Positions 18,739-28,060 of a stretch of 64,000 bases of DNA are shown piece after piece; position 1 is the first letter of the stretch; every line of letters begins with the position of its first letter. The DNA is taken from contig JAMWCF010000001.1 in assembly GCA_023818695.1 (NCBI GenBank), forward strand, positions 595,306-659,305, given 5' to 3'. The stretch comes from Candidatus Omnitrophota bacterium. GTDB lineage: Bacteria; Omnitrophota; Gorgyraeia; 1-14-0-20-64-10. Position numbers and translations under genes: made by a program. The notes beneath the pieces were generated by a model. That model was not told where the DNA came from, did not search any database, and worked only from the letters and a program-made list of their open reading frames with translations.

Positions 18739-19104
18739 ATCCTGCAGCTGCCCTTCCAACCGGCTGACCTTCAAATCGATCCGCAGCCCGCGCGCCGACC
18801 GCAGATGAATCAGAAAAACCCCTCCGCTTTTTTCGAGATCCAGCAGAGCACCGCCGAACGGCCTGGCGTCAAACTCCTCCCAGATCGACATCCCCTCCAC
18901 ATGACGAATGATCAGCTGACAGCGGCCCCACGATTTCTCCTCTTTCCTGAAAAGCCCAGCCGCCTTCCTCTTCTCCTGCAGGGGACGGGCGGTTTCGACC
19001 GAAAAAACGCCCTCTTCCGCGACGCGGCATCCCGCCTTCTCGAAATCGGCCTCCGCCAGCATCTCCATGATTTTTCGAAGCTCCTCTTCGGTCGTGAATT
19101 TCAT
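18733..19104 (-). CDS. Hypothetical protein (123 aa), last gene of the AstA-containing operon
   Basis: The ATG at 19104 overlaps the M28 peptidase stop as ATGA. I recognise no family. The longer track ORF (to 19569) is an out-of-frame overlap with the M28 gene. Confidence 0.45.
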   Translation of the reverse strand: MKFTTEEELRKIMEMLAEADFEKAGCRVAEEGVFSVETARPLQEKRKAAGLFRKEEKSWGRCQLIIRHVEGMSIWEEFDARPFGGALLDLEKSGGVFLIHLRSARGLRIDLKVSRLEGQLQDL

Positions 19105-19946
19105 TTCACCGTCTCCAGAATTCCCTCCAGCACCCCTTGCGCCACCTTTCTCAAGAACGGCAGATCCAGCGTTTCCAGGGTATCCTGCGGCGTGTGGTAA
19201 TAGGGGTTCCTGAAATAAGCGGTGTCGGTGATCAAGAGGGCCGGATAACCGGCGTCCCAGAAAGGGGCGTGGTCGCTGGCACGCAACCCCTCCACCAATC
19301 CCCCCCTCCCCGGCAGCGTGATGGTCTCGATCCGCAGACCGTTCACCCTGCGCATCCCCCGGACAAAAGATTTCAAGAAGCGGCGGGAACGCCAATTCGC
19401 TCCCACTCCGATGAAATCCCCCTTCGCAGGATAAAAATAAGAAAGCCCCTTCGGATACGACTGCTTCGCGCCGGTGAAACCAAGCATCTCCAGACTGATC
19501 ATCCCTCGAAGCGCCGCCCCCTCCCGTTTCAGGCGCCCGGCGTAATGCGAGGATCCGACCATCCCCCACTCTTCCAGGTTGAACGCTGCGAACCGCACGC
19601 GCCTGCCGGCCGGATGCCCGCTCATAAGACGGGCCAGCTCTAGCATAACGGCCAGCCCGCTGGCATTGTCGTCCGCGCCAACCGTACCGTCCACCGCGTC
19701 GAAATGGGCGCCCACCAGCAGGGGAACGCCGGCCTCTTCCCTTTTTTTGGCAATCAGGTTCCAGAACCGGTCCCCTTCAAACAGGAAGGGATCCTCCTCC
19801 ACCTCGTAACCGAAACCGGACAGGCTCTGCTTCACGAAATCCGAAACTTTCCGGATCCCCTCGGGATCAGCCAGTGGAGACCGGCGACAACAGACCGCCC
19901 TTAAAAACCGATCCAGCGACTCCGGTTCGACCCGCGGAATCTCCAT
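19101..19946 (-). CDS. M28-family zinc aminopeptidase
   Basis: GAHFDAVDGTVGADDNASGLAVMLELARL and FNLEEWGMVGS are M28 metal-ligand blocks. Confidence 0.85.
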   Translation of the reverse strand: MEIPRVEPESLDRFLRAVCCRRSPLADPEGIRKVSDFVKQSLSGFGYEVEEDPFLFEGDRFWNLIAKKREEAGVPLLVGAHFDAVDGTVGADDNASGLAVMLELARLMSGHPAGRRVRFAAFNLEEWGMVGSSHYAGRLKREGAALRGMISLEMLGFTGAKQSYPKGLSYFYPAKGDFIGVGANWRSRRFLKSFVRGMRRVNGLRIETITLPGRGGLVEGLRASDHAPFWDAGYPALLITDTAYFRNPYYHTPQDTLETLDLPFLRKVAQGVLEGILETVK

Positions 19947-20881
19947 CAGCCCTTGCGGAAGAAGGTCATCTGCCTGGCGAAAGGCCGGGCCCTTTCCTCC
20001 AGTTCAGCCAGCTGGAGCCGGTTCATCGGCTGGAAAGCGGCCGCCGCCCGAACGTTGGCCTCCACCTCGGCCGGGGAGGAACAGCCGACGATCGCGGTGC
20101 TGACCCCTTCCAGGGAAAGGACGTAACCCAGCGCCTCCTCGGGTGAGAACCGCAGAGGATCCTCCAGGAGCCGGCCCCTGGCCATCACCTTCATGCCGAT
20201 CACCCCCATCCCTCTTTCGCGGGCCACGGGGAGGAACACCTTCAGAAAAGAGGACCCCTGCCGGTCGCCGGGGTTCAGCGCCACCAGTGCCGTATCAAAC
20301 GGGTAGCGTCTGGCCGCCTCCGCGAGGATGGTCGGGTCGTAATGGCCGGTGATGCCGACGAAACGGATCAGCCCTTCCCGCCTGGCCTGCTCGACCGCCT
20401 GGATCACCCCGTCCCTGGCGAAGATCGCCTCCAGATCCGACGCGTCGCGCAGGTCATGCAACTGCCAGAGATCCAGATGGTCGGTCCGCAACCGTCTTAA
20501 AGAGTTGTCCAGAAGTTTCAGGGCCCCGTCCCTGCTGCGGTAGTGTGTCTTGGAAGCCAGGAAGATCTTCTCCCGGCTGCCCTGAAGCCCTTCCCCCAGA
20601 TAATCCTGGCTCTCCTCATAAGCGGGGGCGGTGTCGAAATAGTTGACCCCCAGCTCCAGCGCCTTGCGGATGACCGGCACCGCCTGCTTCATCCGTCCGG
20701 TCGACCGCATGACCCCCTCCCCGCCGAGGCCGAACAGCGTCACGGAAACGCCGGTCCGGCCCAGCGGCCGCGTGGGAAGCACTGTTGTTTCTCCGGCGGC
20801 CTGCGAGGTGCCGGTCATCTTTAAAAGCCCGAGGGAAACAGCCGCCCTGCCGATCCGGTTTAAAAACTGCCTCCGAGTCAT
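19946..20881 (-). CDS. Aldo/keto reductase with twin-arginine (Tat) signal peptide
   Basis: The start at 20881 (ATGA overlap) gives MTRRQFLNRIGRAAVSLGLLKMTGTSQA. This is followed by an AKR fold (GVNYFDTAPAYEESQ, DLWQLHD). Confidence 0.85.
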   Translation of the reverse strand: MTRRQFLNRIGRAAVSLGLLKMTGTSQAAGETTVLPTRPLGRTGVSVTLFGLGGEGVMRSTGRMKQAVPVIRKALELGVNYFDTAPAYEESQDYLGEGLQGSREKIFLASKTHYRSRDGALKLLDNSLRRLRTDHLDLWQLHDLRDASDLEAIFARDGVIQAVEQARREGLIRFVGITGHYDPTILAEAARRYPFDTALVALNPGDRQGSSFLKVFLPVARERGMGVIGMKVMARGRLLEDPLRFSPEEALGYVLSLEGVSTAIVGCSSPAEVEANVRAAAAFQPMNRLQLAELEERARPFARQMTFFRKG

Positions 20882-21801
20882 CCTCCCACCTGTCCCAGAT
20901 CCATCAGCATGCATTTGACCGATCCCCCTCCTTTCTCCAGAAATTCAGACACGTCGACAGGACAAGGAACGACCCCACGCGACCGGACCTCCCGATAGAC
21001 GGCGCCGGTCAAGCCGTCCGGCATCAGGAGAACGGATCCAACCTGAAAGCTGTTGGCGGCGAACCTCTCCCCATCCTGCCGGCTTAAGGGAACCAGCCGA
21101 TCCTTGAACCGCCTTGTAAGAATCAAACGGGACGACTCTTCCAGGGCCTCCAGATAAACCAGCAGAAACTCCCGGTGAGGCCCGAAAGAGCAGAAAACGG
21201 TGTCGCCGTGGTAATGGGTCTCCAGCGTCAATTCCAGCGGGATGATCTCCCTGTCCGTCACGATCCGCTTCAACCCCGACAGGGCCCGCTGGTCGGAACG
21301 GAACCCGTAGACCCGCCTGTAAGGCGGGAATCCCCAGCGGGGAACCCAACGCTGCTGCCTGATGGGGCCGTAGGTAAACAGGTACGCGCTCTTCTGCGGA
21401 TCGCCGGAGGGATCCCCGACCGGAAAGAAGTCGGCTTCCCCCTCAAAGGGATGGGGATCCGGGAAATCAATCACCTGTAGGAAGGGGATCCGTTCCAGGG
21501 CGCGCCGGTAATGTTCCTTCTCTCCGGACCGGCCCGGGTTCAGGTTGCTCAAAACAACCCTCTCCCCGTACCGGAAACCGGCGTTAGCCGGGAAAACCAG
21601 CCCGGGCAGATCCTTCACCGCCGGGACGATGAAAACCTTCGCCGCGCACTCCTCCAGCGCCGCTTTCAGGTTCAGCCACTGCTCAACCGCCCTGGCCGTG
21701 TTGACCTTCTTGCGCCGGCCGAATCGGTCCCGGGTGTGCGGATTTCCGCCGGACCGGATGTGAAAATGGGCCGGATCGCCGAGCAGGACTGCTTGAGCCA
21801 T
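20878..21801 (-). CDS. Guanidino-group-modifying enzyme fold protein (amidinotransferase/DDAH/arginine-deiminase superfamily)
   Basis: The start at 21801 (ATGA overlap with the ALDH stop) gives 307 aa. The C-terminal GGGSVKCM carries the superfamily catalytic Cys context, and HYHGDTVF and FEGEADFF blocks are present. Confidence 0.7.
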   Translation of the reverse strand: MAQAVLLGDPAHFHIRSGGNPHTRDRFGRRKKVNTARAVEQWLNLKAALEECAAKVFIVPAVKDLPGLVFPANAGFRYGERVVLSNLNPGRSGEKEHYRRALERIPFLQVIDFPDPHPFEGEADFFPVGDPSGDPQKSAYLFTYGPIRQQRWVPRWGFPPYRRVYGFRSDQRALSGLKRIVTDREIIPLELTLETHYHGDTVFCSFGPHREFLLVYLEALEESSRLILTRRFKDRLVPLSRQDGERFAANSFQVGSVLLMPDGLTGAVYREVRSRGVVPCPVDVSEFLEKGGGSVKCMLMDLGQVGG

Positions 21802-23312
21802 CAGACCGGCAGCGCCCGCTTCTCCAAAGGCCTCTGATCCCGCGTGACGGCGACCGGGTAGGTGCAGTAATAGGTGGAAAAGAGGCCGGTCGGCTTGAAG
21901 GAGCCGGATGCTTTTGTCCCGCCGAATGGAAGCTTGCCTGTTGAAAAGATCGTCCCCTTGTTCCAATTCACCAGGCCGGTATCCAGCTTCGGGAAGATCC
22001 GCTCAAAATGCTGACGGCTCCCGCTGAAAACGGAGGTGACCAGCCCGTAAGAAACTTCATTGTTCAGGGCAACCGCCTCCTCGTCGTTCCTGACCAGGTA
22101 GATGGCTGCGTCCGGCCCGAAGATCTCCTCCTTCCGGTAATGCTGGGAGCTGTTCCGGGAGGGGTTCTCGCACAGATGGACTCCTTGCGTCACGTAATAG
22201 CCGCGCCGTTCACCCCAACTCCCCAGCGTCCTGCCCGCGCGAAGCGTTTCAAAACCCTCCTCCTGCGCCAGCTTCATGTACCGAGTGAATTTCGCGGCGG
22301 CCTCATGGCTGATCAGCGGTCCCATCAGGATATCCTCCCCAAGGGAATACCCGATCTTGACCCTGTCCGCCGCCGCCAGGAAGAGATCCAGGAACGGTTT
22401 GGCAATCTTCTTGTTGACGATGATCCGGCTGGTCGCGTTGCACCGCTGGCCCGACATCGAATAGGCTGCGACCGCCGATTCCCTGGCGGCCAGCTCCAGG
22501 GGCGCGTCCTCCAGCACCAACCCGGCGTTCTTCCCTCCCATCTCCAGCGCCAGGCATTTCTGCGGCGCGTCCAGGGTGGCCTCTTTGATCGCCTGCCCCG
22601 TCGCCGTGGAGCCGGTGAACAGAACGCCGGAGACCATCCGGTGTTTGATCAGCTGCAATCCCACCGCCCCCCCTCCCTGCACCAGGTTGAAAACGCCCGG
22701 CGGGAAACCGGCGGTGTGAATGCACTCGGCCAAGAGCTGTCCCGTGAAAGGGGTGTACTCGGACGGCTTGAAGACCACCGTGTTGCCGGTCAAAAGGGCC
22801 GGAATGATGTGGCTGGCGGGAGTATGCGCCGGGAAGTTGAAGGGCCCGATCACCGCCAACACCCCGTGGGGCCGGTACCGGCACTCGCCGGTCACACCCG
22901 GGGCGATGGCGACCTCAAATGGAGCGATAAGCTCCAACCCGGCTCCGACGATCTCGTCGACCTTTGCCACGAGACGGTCGGTCTCCCTCCGGGACTCCGT
23001 CACCGGCTTGCCGGCCTCCCGGCTGATCAGGGTGGTCAATTCCGGCAGACGCTTCTTCAGAACCCGCTGGAGCCGTCTCATGGCGGCGATCTTCTTCCGG
23101 ATCGGATAATCGGCCCAGGCGGCGAAGGCCCGCCGGGCGGATGGGACCGCCTCCTCCACCGCCTCCGTTGAAACGACCACCGAGCCGACCGGATTCAGCA
23201 GGTCCCCGGGATCCTCGCTGATCAGCTCCATTCCCCTCTTGGGCCGGACAAACCGGCCTCCTATATAATTCCCCTTAAACCCGGCAAACATAGACCCTCT
23301 CCCCTGGGACAA
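21801..23312 (-). CDS. NAD(P)-dependent aldehyde dehydrogenase (AstD-like by context)
   Basis: FTGSTATG, LEMGGKNA and GQRCNATSR (catalytic Cys), then EEIFGPD. The start may instead be the internal ATG at 23291. Confidence 0.9.
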   Translation of the reverse strand: MSQGRGSMFAGFKGNYIGGRFVRPKRGMELISEDPGDLLNPVGSVVVSTEAVEEAVPSARRAFAAWADYPIRKKIAAMRRLQRVLKKRLPELTTLISREAGKPVTESRRETDRLVAKVDEIVGAGLELIAPFEVAIAPGVTGECRYRPHGVLAVIGPFNFPAHTPASHIIPALLTGNTVVFKPSEYTPFTGQLLAECIHTAGFPPGVFNLVQGGGAVGLQLIKHRMVSGVLFTGSTATGQAIKEATLDAPQKCLALEMGGKNAGLVLEDAPLELAARESAVAAYSMSGQRCNATSRIIVNKKIAKPFLDLFLAAADRVKIGYSLGEDILMGPLISHEAAAKFTRYMKLAQEEGFETLRAGRTLGSWGERRGYYVTQGVHLCENPSRNSSQHYRKEEIFGPDAAIYLVRNDEEAVALNNEVSYGLVTSVFSGSRQHFERIFPKLDTGLVNWNKGTIFSTGKLPFGGTKASGSFKPTGLFSTYYCTYPVAVTRDQRPLEKRALPV

Positions 23313-24309
23313 CGTTCAACAACCCCAGAACCTCCGCGCGGACCGCCACCTTCCCTTTTGATAGAAGCGCCGGCGCCATGACGGCCCGGAACCGTCCCTC
23401 CTTCTGCGTGCCGATGAGATACCGGCCGGCCGGCTTTCCTTCCGTCTGTTTTATCCTTACAGATTTCGTCTGGCGAATCAACCGGATCCGACTGCTCCTG
23501 GCCGTGTAATAAGGCCCGCCATCGAACGGCTCGATCTGCGGGATCGGCTTAAACCCGATGGCCCGCAAAAGACCGGCGGCCCGCCGCGCCTGCGGGTGGA
23601 CCGCCCCGATCGCCTTTTGAACATAGCCGGGCAGCAGCGCGCAGTAAATCGGCTCGTGCGGCAAAAGGGCCCAGATGAATTCCTTGTTGGTCACACTCAA
23701 CCGGTCCGCTGCTGCGTAGGAAAAACCGGTGAACTCCCGGCCGATCCTCTCCCAGAAAGGGGACCTGTTGCCTCTGCCCATCGCGCCCCGGTACTCGACC
23801 AGCACCTCTTTCTCGAACCGCTGGGGGTGAACCGCCATGTACAGGAAGCGGACGTAAGACAGCTGCAACCCGCACTGCTGGGGATGCCGCCTGTAGCGGG
23901 GCAGAACAATCAACCCACCCACTTCGGTCGGCCCGTCTTCCGTATAGCCCAGCTGCAGCGTCCGGTGCGTCCGCTTGATGCCGGTGGTCCGGCTGCGCAT
24001 CGTCTTGGAACCAAGCAGAAACCACAGGTGCGGATGTCCCGGGATGCCGTGTTTGGCGATGATCAGCGAACAGCCGACGATCTTCAGCCCCCGCGAGGTT
24101 TTTGTTTCAAGGACGAAGAGATAATGGGCCCTGGATCTCGGCAGCCGCCCAGCAAAAGAGTCCTCCGAGGTCTTCAGCAGATGCCGGATATAGGAACGAT
24201 CCGCCGGCAGGTTGTAAGAATCCAGTTTCCTGGCCAGCGGGAAAACCCCCTCAAAATCCTCTGGTCCTGCCTGCCGGATCAAAAACACCGGTCCGTCCGT
24301 TACATGCAT
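23275..24309 (-). CDS. astA: Arginine N-succinyltransferase family protein
   Basis: Alignable by eye to E. coli AstA: YLFVLE, SPFWERIGREF, HEPIY, IGAVHPQ and FDGGPYY, with a similar length (344 aa). Confidence 0.8.
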   Translation of the reverse strand: MHVTDGPVFLIRQAGPEDFEGVFPLARKLDSYNLPADRSYIRHLLKTSEDSFAGRLPRSRAHYLFVLETKTSRGLKIVGCSLIIAKHGIPGHPHLWFLLGSKTMRSRTTGIKRTHRTLQLGYTEDGPTEVGGLIVLPRYRRHPQQCGLQLSYVRFLYMAVHPQRFEKEVLVEYRGAMGRGNRSPFWERIGREFTGFSYAAADRLSVTNKEFIWALLPHEPIYCALLPGYVQKAIGAVHPQARRAAGLLRAIGFKPIPQIEPFDGGPYYTARSSRIRLIRQTKSVRIKQTEGKPAGRYLIGTQKEGRFRAVMAPALLSKGKVAVRAEVLGLLNVVPGERVYVCRV

Positions 24310-25712
24310 GTCTTCTCCAGAAATCTCTTATAAAACCGGATTGCGTCCTTCAACTGCTTGATGCTGACCGATTCATTCGGCTGATGGATATTCCCCTGCG
24401 CTGTGCCCGGGCCGATGACGACCGAGGGGATCCCCACCTTACTGTAAAGACCGGCTTCGGTACAACCGGACTTGCATCGCGGCCGGGTGTTCAGCCGGAC
24501 CGACTTCAGCGCCGACAGAACCGCCTTGGCCACTTCGGATTTCGGGTCCGTTTCCAGGGGCGGGTTGTCCCGCTCGAGGCAGAACTGCCAGTCGGGACCT
24601 GGATGCCCCAGCCGCTGGGTTAGTTTCTGTTCGATCACACGCACCGCCTTGTGCACCGGTCTGCCGGCCAAGGGACGAGCGTCGAACGTCAGAGACCATC
24701 CCTCTCTCGTTTCCCGGAGCCAGGTAAAGTTCCAGGTCATACGGGGCGGATCGAAGCTGCTGTCCTTGAATTTTTCCAGTGGAAGAAAAACGGTTCGGAC
24801 CTCATCCATCACCCACATCATATCTTCCCATGGAAACCTGGGATACCAACCGGGATTCAATCGCTGCGCTTTGACCTGGCAACCCTTGGCGGATGGAAAA
24901 AAAACTTTTGGATGGGGTCCCAGGGAGAATCGCACAGAGGCGGACGCGGGGATCACGTTATGCCCCGATCCTCCCTGCCAGGAGAGGACGGCGATCTTCG
25001 AAAAGCGGGCCTTCAACTTCCTCAAAAAAGCGGCGGACAAATCCAACGCGTTGACCCCCAGATGGGGTGTGCTGGAGTGAGCCGGTTTGCCGGTAAAAAC
25101 GGCTTCATAAACCCACTCCGCAGCGGACGGGCGGTGGAGACCTTTGGTCTTGAACAGGATCTCCGCTACAGCCAATCCCTTGTGCCTGGTCACCAGATGA
25201 AGTTCCGTTGGCTCCCCCACCAGCGCCATCTTCGGTTTCGGCAGATCCCCCTGGCAAAAGCGGGCGGCGCCCCGCAGACCCGACTCCTCCCCGAATGTCC
25301 CCAGCAGAAAAATCTGCCGGGTAAACCGATCCGTGGGCAGATCGACAAGAGCGGCAAGTTTGCACAGGATATCCAGCTTTGTGTCGGCCACCCCCAATCC
25401 GTACAATGTGTTTCCATGCCGAGTCATCTTCCAGGGATCCCTCCCGGTTTTGGTCCACAGAGCCGGATCTCCCGCATCGACGGTGTCCAGGTGCGTTGTC
25501 ATCAGCAGGGGCTGTTTGCCTGCGCCGGCAACCGCCGCAACGTTCATGAAGATCAACTCCCCGACCCGGTTCTCCTGGTAAATCACATCCAGACCGAACC
25601 GCCTGAAAAGGGACCCCAGGTAAACGGCGCAGTCGAGGTTGCTGGACCAGGTGACCGTGTTGAACCGGATCAGACGTTCGGCTTCTTCCACCAAATCAAA
25701 CGATTTCCCCAT
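24300..25712 (-). CDS. M20-family metallohydrolase (ArgE/DapE-type deacylase)
   Basis: LLMTTHLDTVD, GLGVADTKLD, GEESG and HQPNE blocks of the M20 family. Confidence 0.8.
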   Translation of the reverse strand: MGKSFDLVEEAERLIRFNTVTWSSNLDCAVYLGSLFRRFGLDVIYQENRVGELIFMNVAAVAGAGKQPLLMTTHLDTVDAGDPALWTKTGRDPWKMTRHGNTLYGLGVADTKLDILCKLAALVDLPTDRFTRQIFLLGTFGEESGLRGAARFCQGDLPKPKMALVGEPTELHLVTRHKGLAVAEILFKTKGLHRPSAAEWVYEAVFTGKPAHSSTPHLGVNALDLSAAFLRKLKARFSKIAVLSWQGGSGHNVIPASASVRFSLGPHPKVFFPSAKGCQVKAQRLNPGWYPRFPWEDMMWVMDEVRTVFLPLEKFKDSSFDPPRMTWNFTWLRETREGWSLTFDARPLAGRPVHKAVRVIEQKLTQRLGHPGPDWQFCLERDNPPLETDPKSEVAKAVLSALKSVRLNTRPRCKSGCTEAGLYSKVGIPSVVIGPGTAQGNIHQPNESVSIKQLKDAIRFYKRFLEKTCM

Positions 25713-26516
25713 TCACGAACCCGTTTCAAAACGGTGTGGCCACACTTCACTCATGATGCCGTCCACCCCGCAAGCGGCCAGCTGTTCGATCTGCCGGGCC
25801 GTCCTGGCCGTCCAGGCATAGGCCTTCAGACCTTTCGCGTGAATCCGCTTGACCGAGCGGGGGTTGATCCACTTCCGGTAAACAACCAGCCCGTCAATTC
25901 CGAGCCGCCGCGCCGTCCATAGCCGCCGCTTTGTGACGGCGGCACTGTAGCCGGTGACCCAAAAAAGCGGGTGACGGCCCTGATCAGACTGCCGCCACCG
26001 CTTCAGGGCCCTCACAACGGAGAAACCGGCATAAAGAGGCCGGTTTCCTCTTTCCCTTTGGAAAAACCGGACGAGCTCCTCCTGCCCCTGATCGGCCTTG
26101 ACATCCAGGAATAGGCCGACGCCCCTGTCCCGGCAAAAATCCCACACCTGCTCCAAGCGCGGGATCCTTTCTCCGAGAAAGCGGGGAGAAAACCACCCGC
26201 CCGCCTCTAAGCGGCGGATCTCGTCCCACGTCATCGTTTTGATCCGCCTCTTTAACCCGACTGTCCTCTTCAAAGTGGGGTCATGCAGGGCGACCCACAC
26301 ACCGTCTTTCGTCCGGCGCAGATCAATTTCTACAAAAACGGCCCCTTTTTCAACCGCCTGCCGGACGGAAACCAGCGTGTTTTCCGGGGCGTGAGCCGGA
26401 TCTCCCCGGTGCGCGATCAGAATGACCTTCTTTTTCACCCGCCCATCATACCACAAGAGGTCATGGAGCCTGATGCGCGGCACTTTAGCACCACTGAACC
26501 TTGACATTTGGCACAA
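25713..26516 (-). CDS. Glycerophosphodiester phosphodiesterase family protein (start uncertain)
   Basis: ILIAHRGDPAHAPENTLVSVRQAVEKGAVFVEIDLRRTKDGVWVALHD is the GDPD signature. The track start (TTG at 26516) sits inside the rpoN promoter, so the GTG at 26438 (VKKKVILIAHRG) is a plausible true start. Confidence 0.85.
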   Translation of the reverse strand: MCQMSRFSGAKVPRIRLHDLLWYDGRVKKKVILIAHRGDPAHAPENTLVSVRQAVEKGAVFVEIDLRRTKDGVWVALHDPTLKRTVGLKRRIKTMTWDEIRRLEAGGWFSPRFLGERIPRLEQVWDFCRDRGVGLFLDVKADQGQEELVRFFQRERGNRPLYAGFSVVRALKRWRQSDQGRHPLFWVTGYSAAVTKRRLWTARRLGIDGLVVYRKWINPRSVKRIHAKGLKAYAWTARTARQIEQLAACGVDGIMSEVWPHRFETGS

Positions 26517-26529
26517 AACTTGCTATACT
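26501..26529 (+). promoter_or_regulatory. rpoN promoter: sigma-70 TTGACA-17-TATACT with a nested consensus sigma-54 element TGGCAC-N5-TTGC
   Basis: Read directly: TTGACA at 26501-26506, TATACT at 26524-26529, TGGCAC at 26509-26514 and TTGC at 26520-26523. The GG-to-GC spacing matches the -24/-12 consensus. The element ends 27 nt before the rpoN ATG. Confidence 0.6.
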
Positions 26530-26556
26530 CTATTTACCATCGTTGGCTCCCCGACC

Positions 26557-27975
26557 ATGGATATATCAACCCAACAGAAACAACAGCAATCACTTACACT
26601 CACTCCAAGTCTCCGCTTGGCCTTGGAAGTTCTCCGAATACCCCTGGCCGAACTGGAGATGTACCTCCAGCAGCAGCTTGAAGAGAATCCCCTGCTTGAA
26701 AAGACTGAAGACCCCTCCGAGCTGGAAGGGGCCCCCGAGATAGAACCCCTCCATGATTCGACAGTCGCCTCCGATGACGACCCGGCGGATGACTTTGAAA
26801 CAAACATTTCGGAACTCTGGCAGGAGAACGACGGTTTTAACCCCTCTCAACAGGAGGAGCCGTTCGCTCCCAGCGTCGTCAGCAAAAGCTTGCCGCTTCA
26901 CGACTACCTCCTGCACCAGCTCTATAGCCAACAGCTCGATGGACAAACAAAGCGGGCCGCCGAAATCCTTCTCAACTGGCTTGACCCGGACGGCTACCTT
27001 TACAGCCCTCTGGAGGAGATCTCGCAATCAGAGGAAATACCGGTGTGCGACCTTGAAAAGGGGCTGGCGGTGATCCAGCGGTTTGAGCCGGCCGGGGTGG
27101 GCGCTCGCTCTCTGACGGAATGTCTGCTGATTCAGTTGGCCCATCGCGGAGATGGAAACGGGCTGGCAGCCCAGATCATCTGGGACCATTTTGACCTGCT
27201 GGTGAAGCAGAAGTGGCATCAGCTGGCTTCCAAGCTTCGGATTCACATCGACGCTCTGCAGGAAGCGGTCCAGACCATCGCCCGGCTTGATCCGAAACCA
27301 GCCCGGAATTTTTCAGGGGAGGTTTCCCTGCCGGTCACCCCCGATCTGATCATGCGGCAGGCCAAGGACGGCTATGAGGTGGAGGTCAACGATGAATCCC
27401 TTCCGAAGCTTATCTTGAGCTCCACCTACCGCCAGATGCTGCGATCTCCCAGCTCCTCTTTCGAAACCAAAACGTTTATCCGGGAAAAAATGCGGCAGGG
27501 CTCTTGGCTCATTAAAGCGATCGAACAGAGGAAACAGACCCTCCTGTCGATCGCCCGGTGCGTCGTGCAGCTGCAGAAGGATTACTTCACCCAGGGAATC
27601 CAGTTTCTGCGGGCGTTGACCCAGGAGGAGATCTCCAAAATGGTGGGTTGCCACCCCTCCACCATCAGCCGGGCCATCGCCGGCAAGACGATCCAGACCC
27701 CTTACGGCGTCGTTCCGCTCGAAACGTTTTTCGGCGGGGGCATTTCCTTGCCGGAACAGGACGGCAAGAAGCTGCCCTCCAGAACAATTCAGGCGGAGAT
27801 CGAAAATCTGATCGCCCGGGAAAATCCGGAGAAGCCGTTGAGCGACCATGCCCTGGCGCTGATACTGCGCGAGAAGGGGTATCCGGTCGCCAGGCGGACC
27901 GTCGCGAAGTACCGGACCCAGCTGAAAATCCTGCCGGCCCATTTCCGCCACAAGCTCGTCAGCCGTTCCGCGTAA
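26557..27975 (+). CDS. rpoN: RNA polymerase sigma-54 factor
   Basis: The start at the ATG at 26557 gives region I (MDISTQQKQQQSLTLTPSLRLALEVLRIPLAELE...ENPLLE). The core-binding region, the HTH and the RpoN box ARRTVAKYR are all present. Confidence 0.95.
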   Translation: MDISTQQKQQQSLTLTPSLRLALEVLRIPLAELEMYLQQQLEENPLLEKTEDPSELEGAPEIEPLHDSTVASDDDPADDFETNISELWQENDGFNPSQQEEPFAPSVVSKSLPLHDYLLHQLYSQQLDGQTKRAAEILLNWLDPDGYLYSPLEEISQSEEIPVCDLEKGLAVIQRFEPAGVGARSLTECLLIQLAHRGDGNGLAAQIIWDHFDLLVKQKWHQLASKLRIHIDALQEAVQTIARLDPKPARNFSGEVSLPVTPDLIMRQAKDGYEVEVNDESLPKLILSSTYRQMLRSPSSSFETKTFIREKMRQGSWLIKAIEQRKQTLLSIARCVVQLQKDYFTQGIQFLRALTQEEISKMVGCHPSTISRAIAGKTIQTPYGVVPLETFFGGGISLPEQDGKKLPSRTIQAEIENLIARENPEKPLSDHALALILREKGYPVARRTVAKYRTQLKILPAHFRHKLVSRSA

Positions 27976-28060
27976 GTTCCCTTACCCGCAGCACCACCCG
28001 CAGACAAAGAACCGGCTTCAAAATTCCGCTGAATTTTTTGGAGCGGAGGGAGGTTGCTTT

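Noticed and set aside
26422-26556. A 45-codon N-terminal extension of rpoN in the track ORF (MTFFFTRPSYHKRSW...).
   Set aside because: It would run through the promoter elements and the divergent gene start. Sigma-54 region I begins exactly at the ATG at 26557.
28024-28046. Hairpin TCCGCT-N11-AGCGGA between the convergent rpoN and GAF genes, as a possible bidirectional terminator.
   Set aside because: It has only a 6-bp stem with an 11-nt loop and no adjacent U-run immediately after the stem on either strand, so it is too weak to call.
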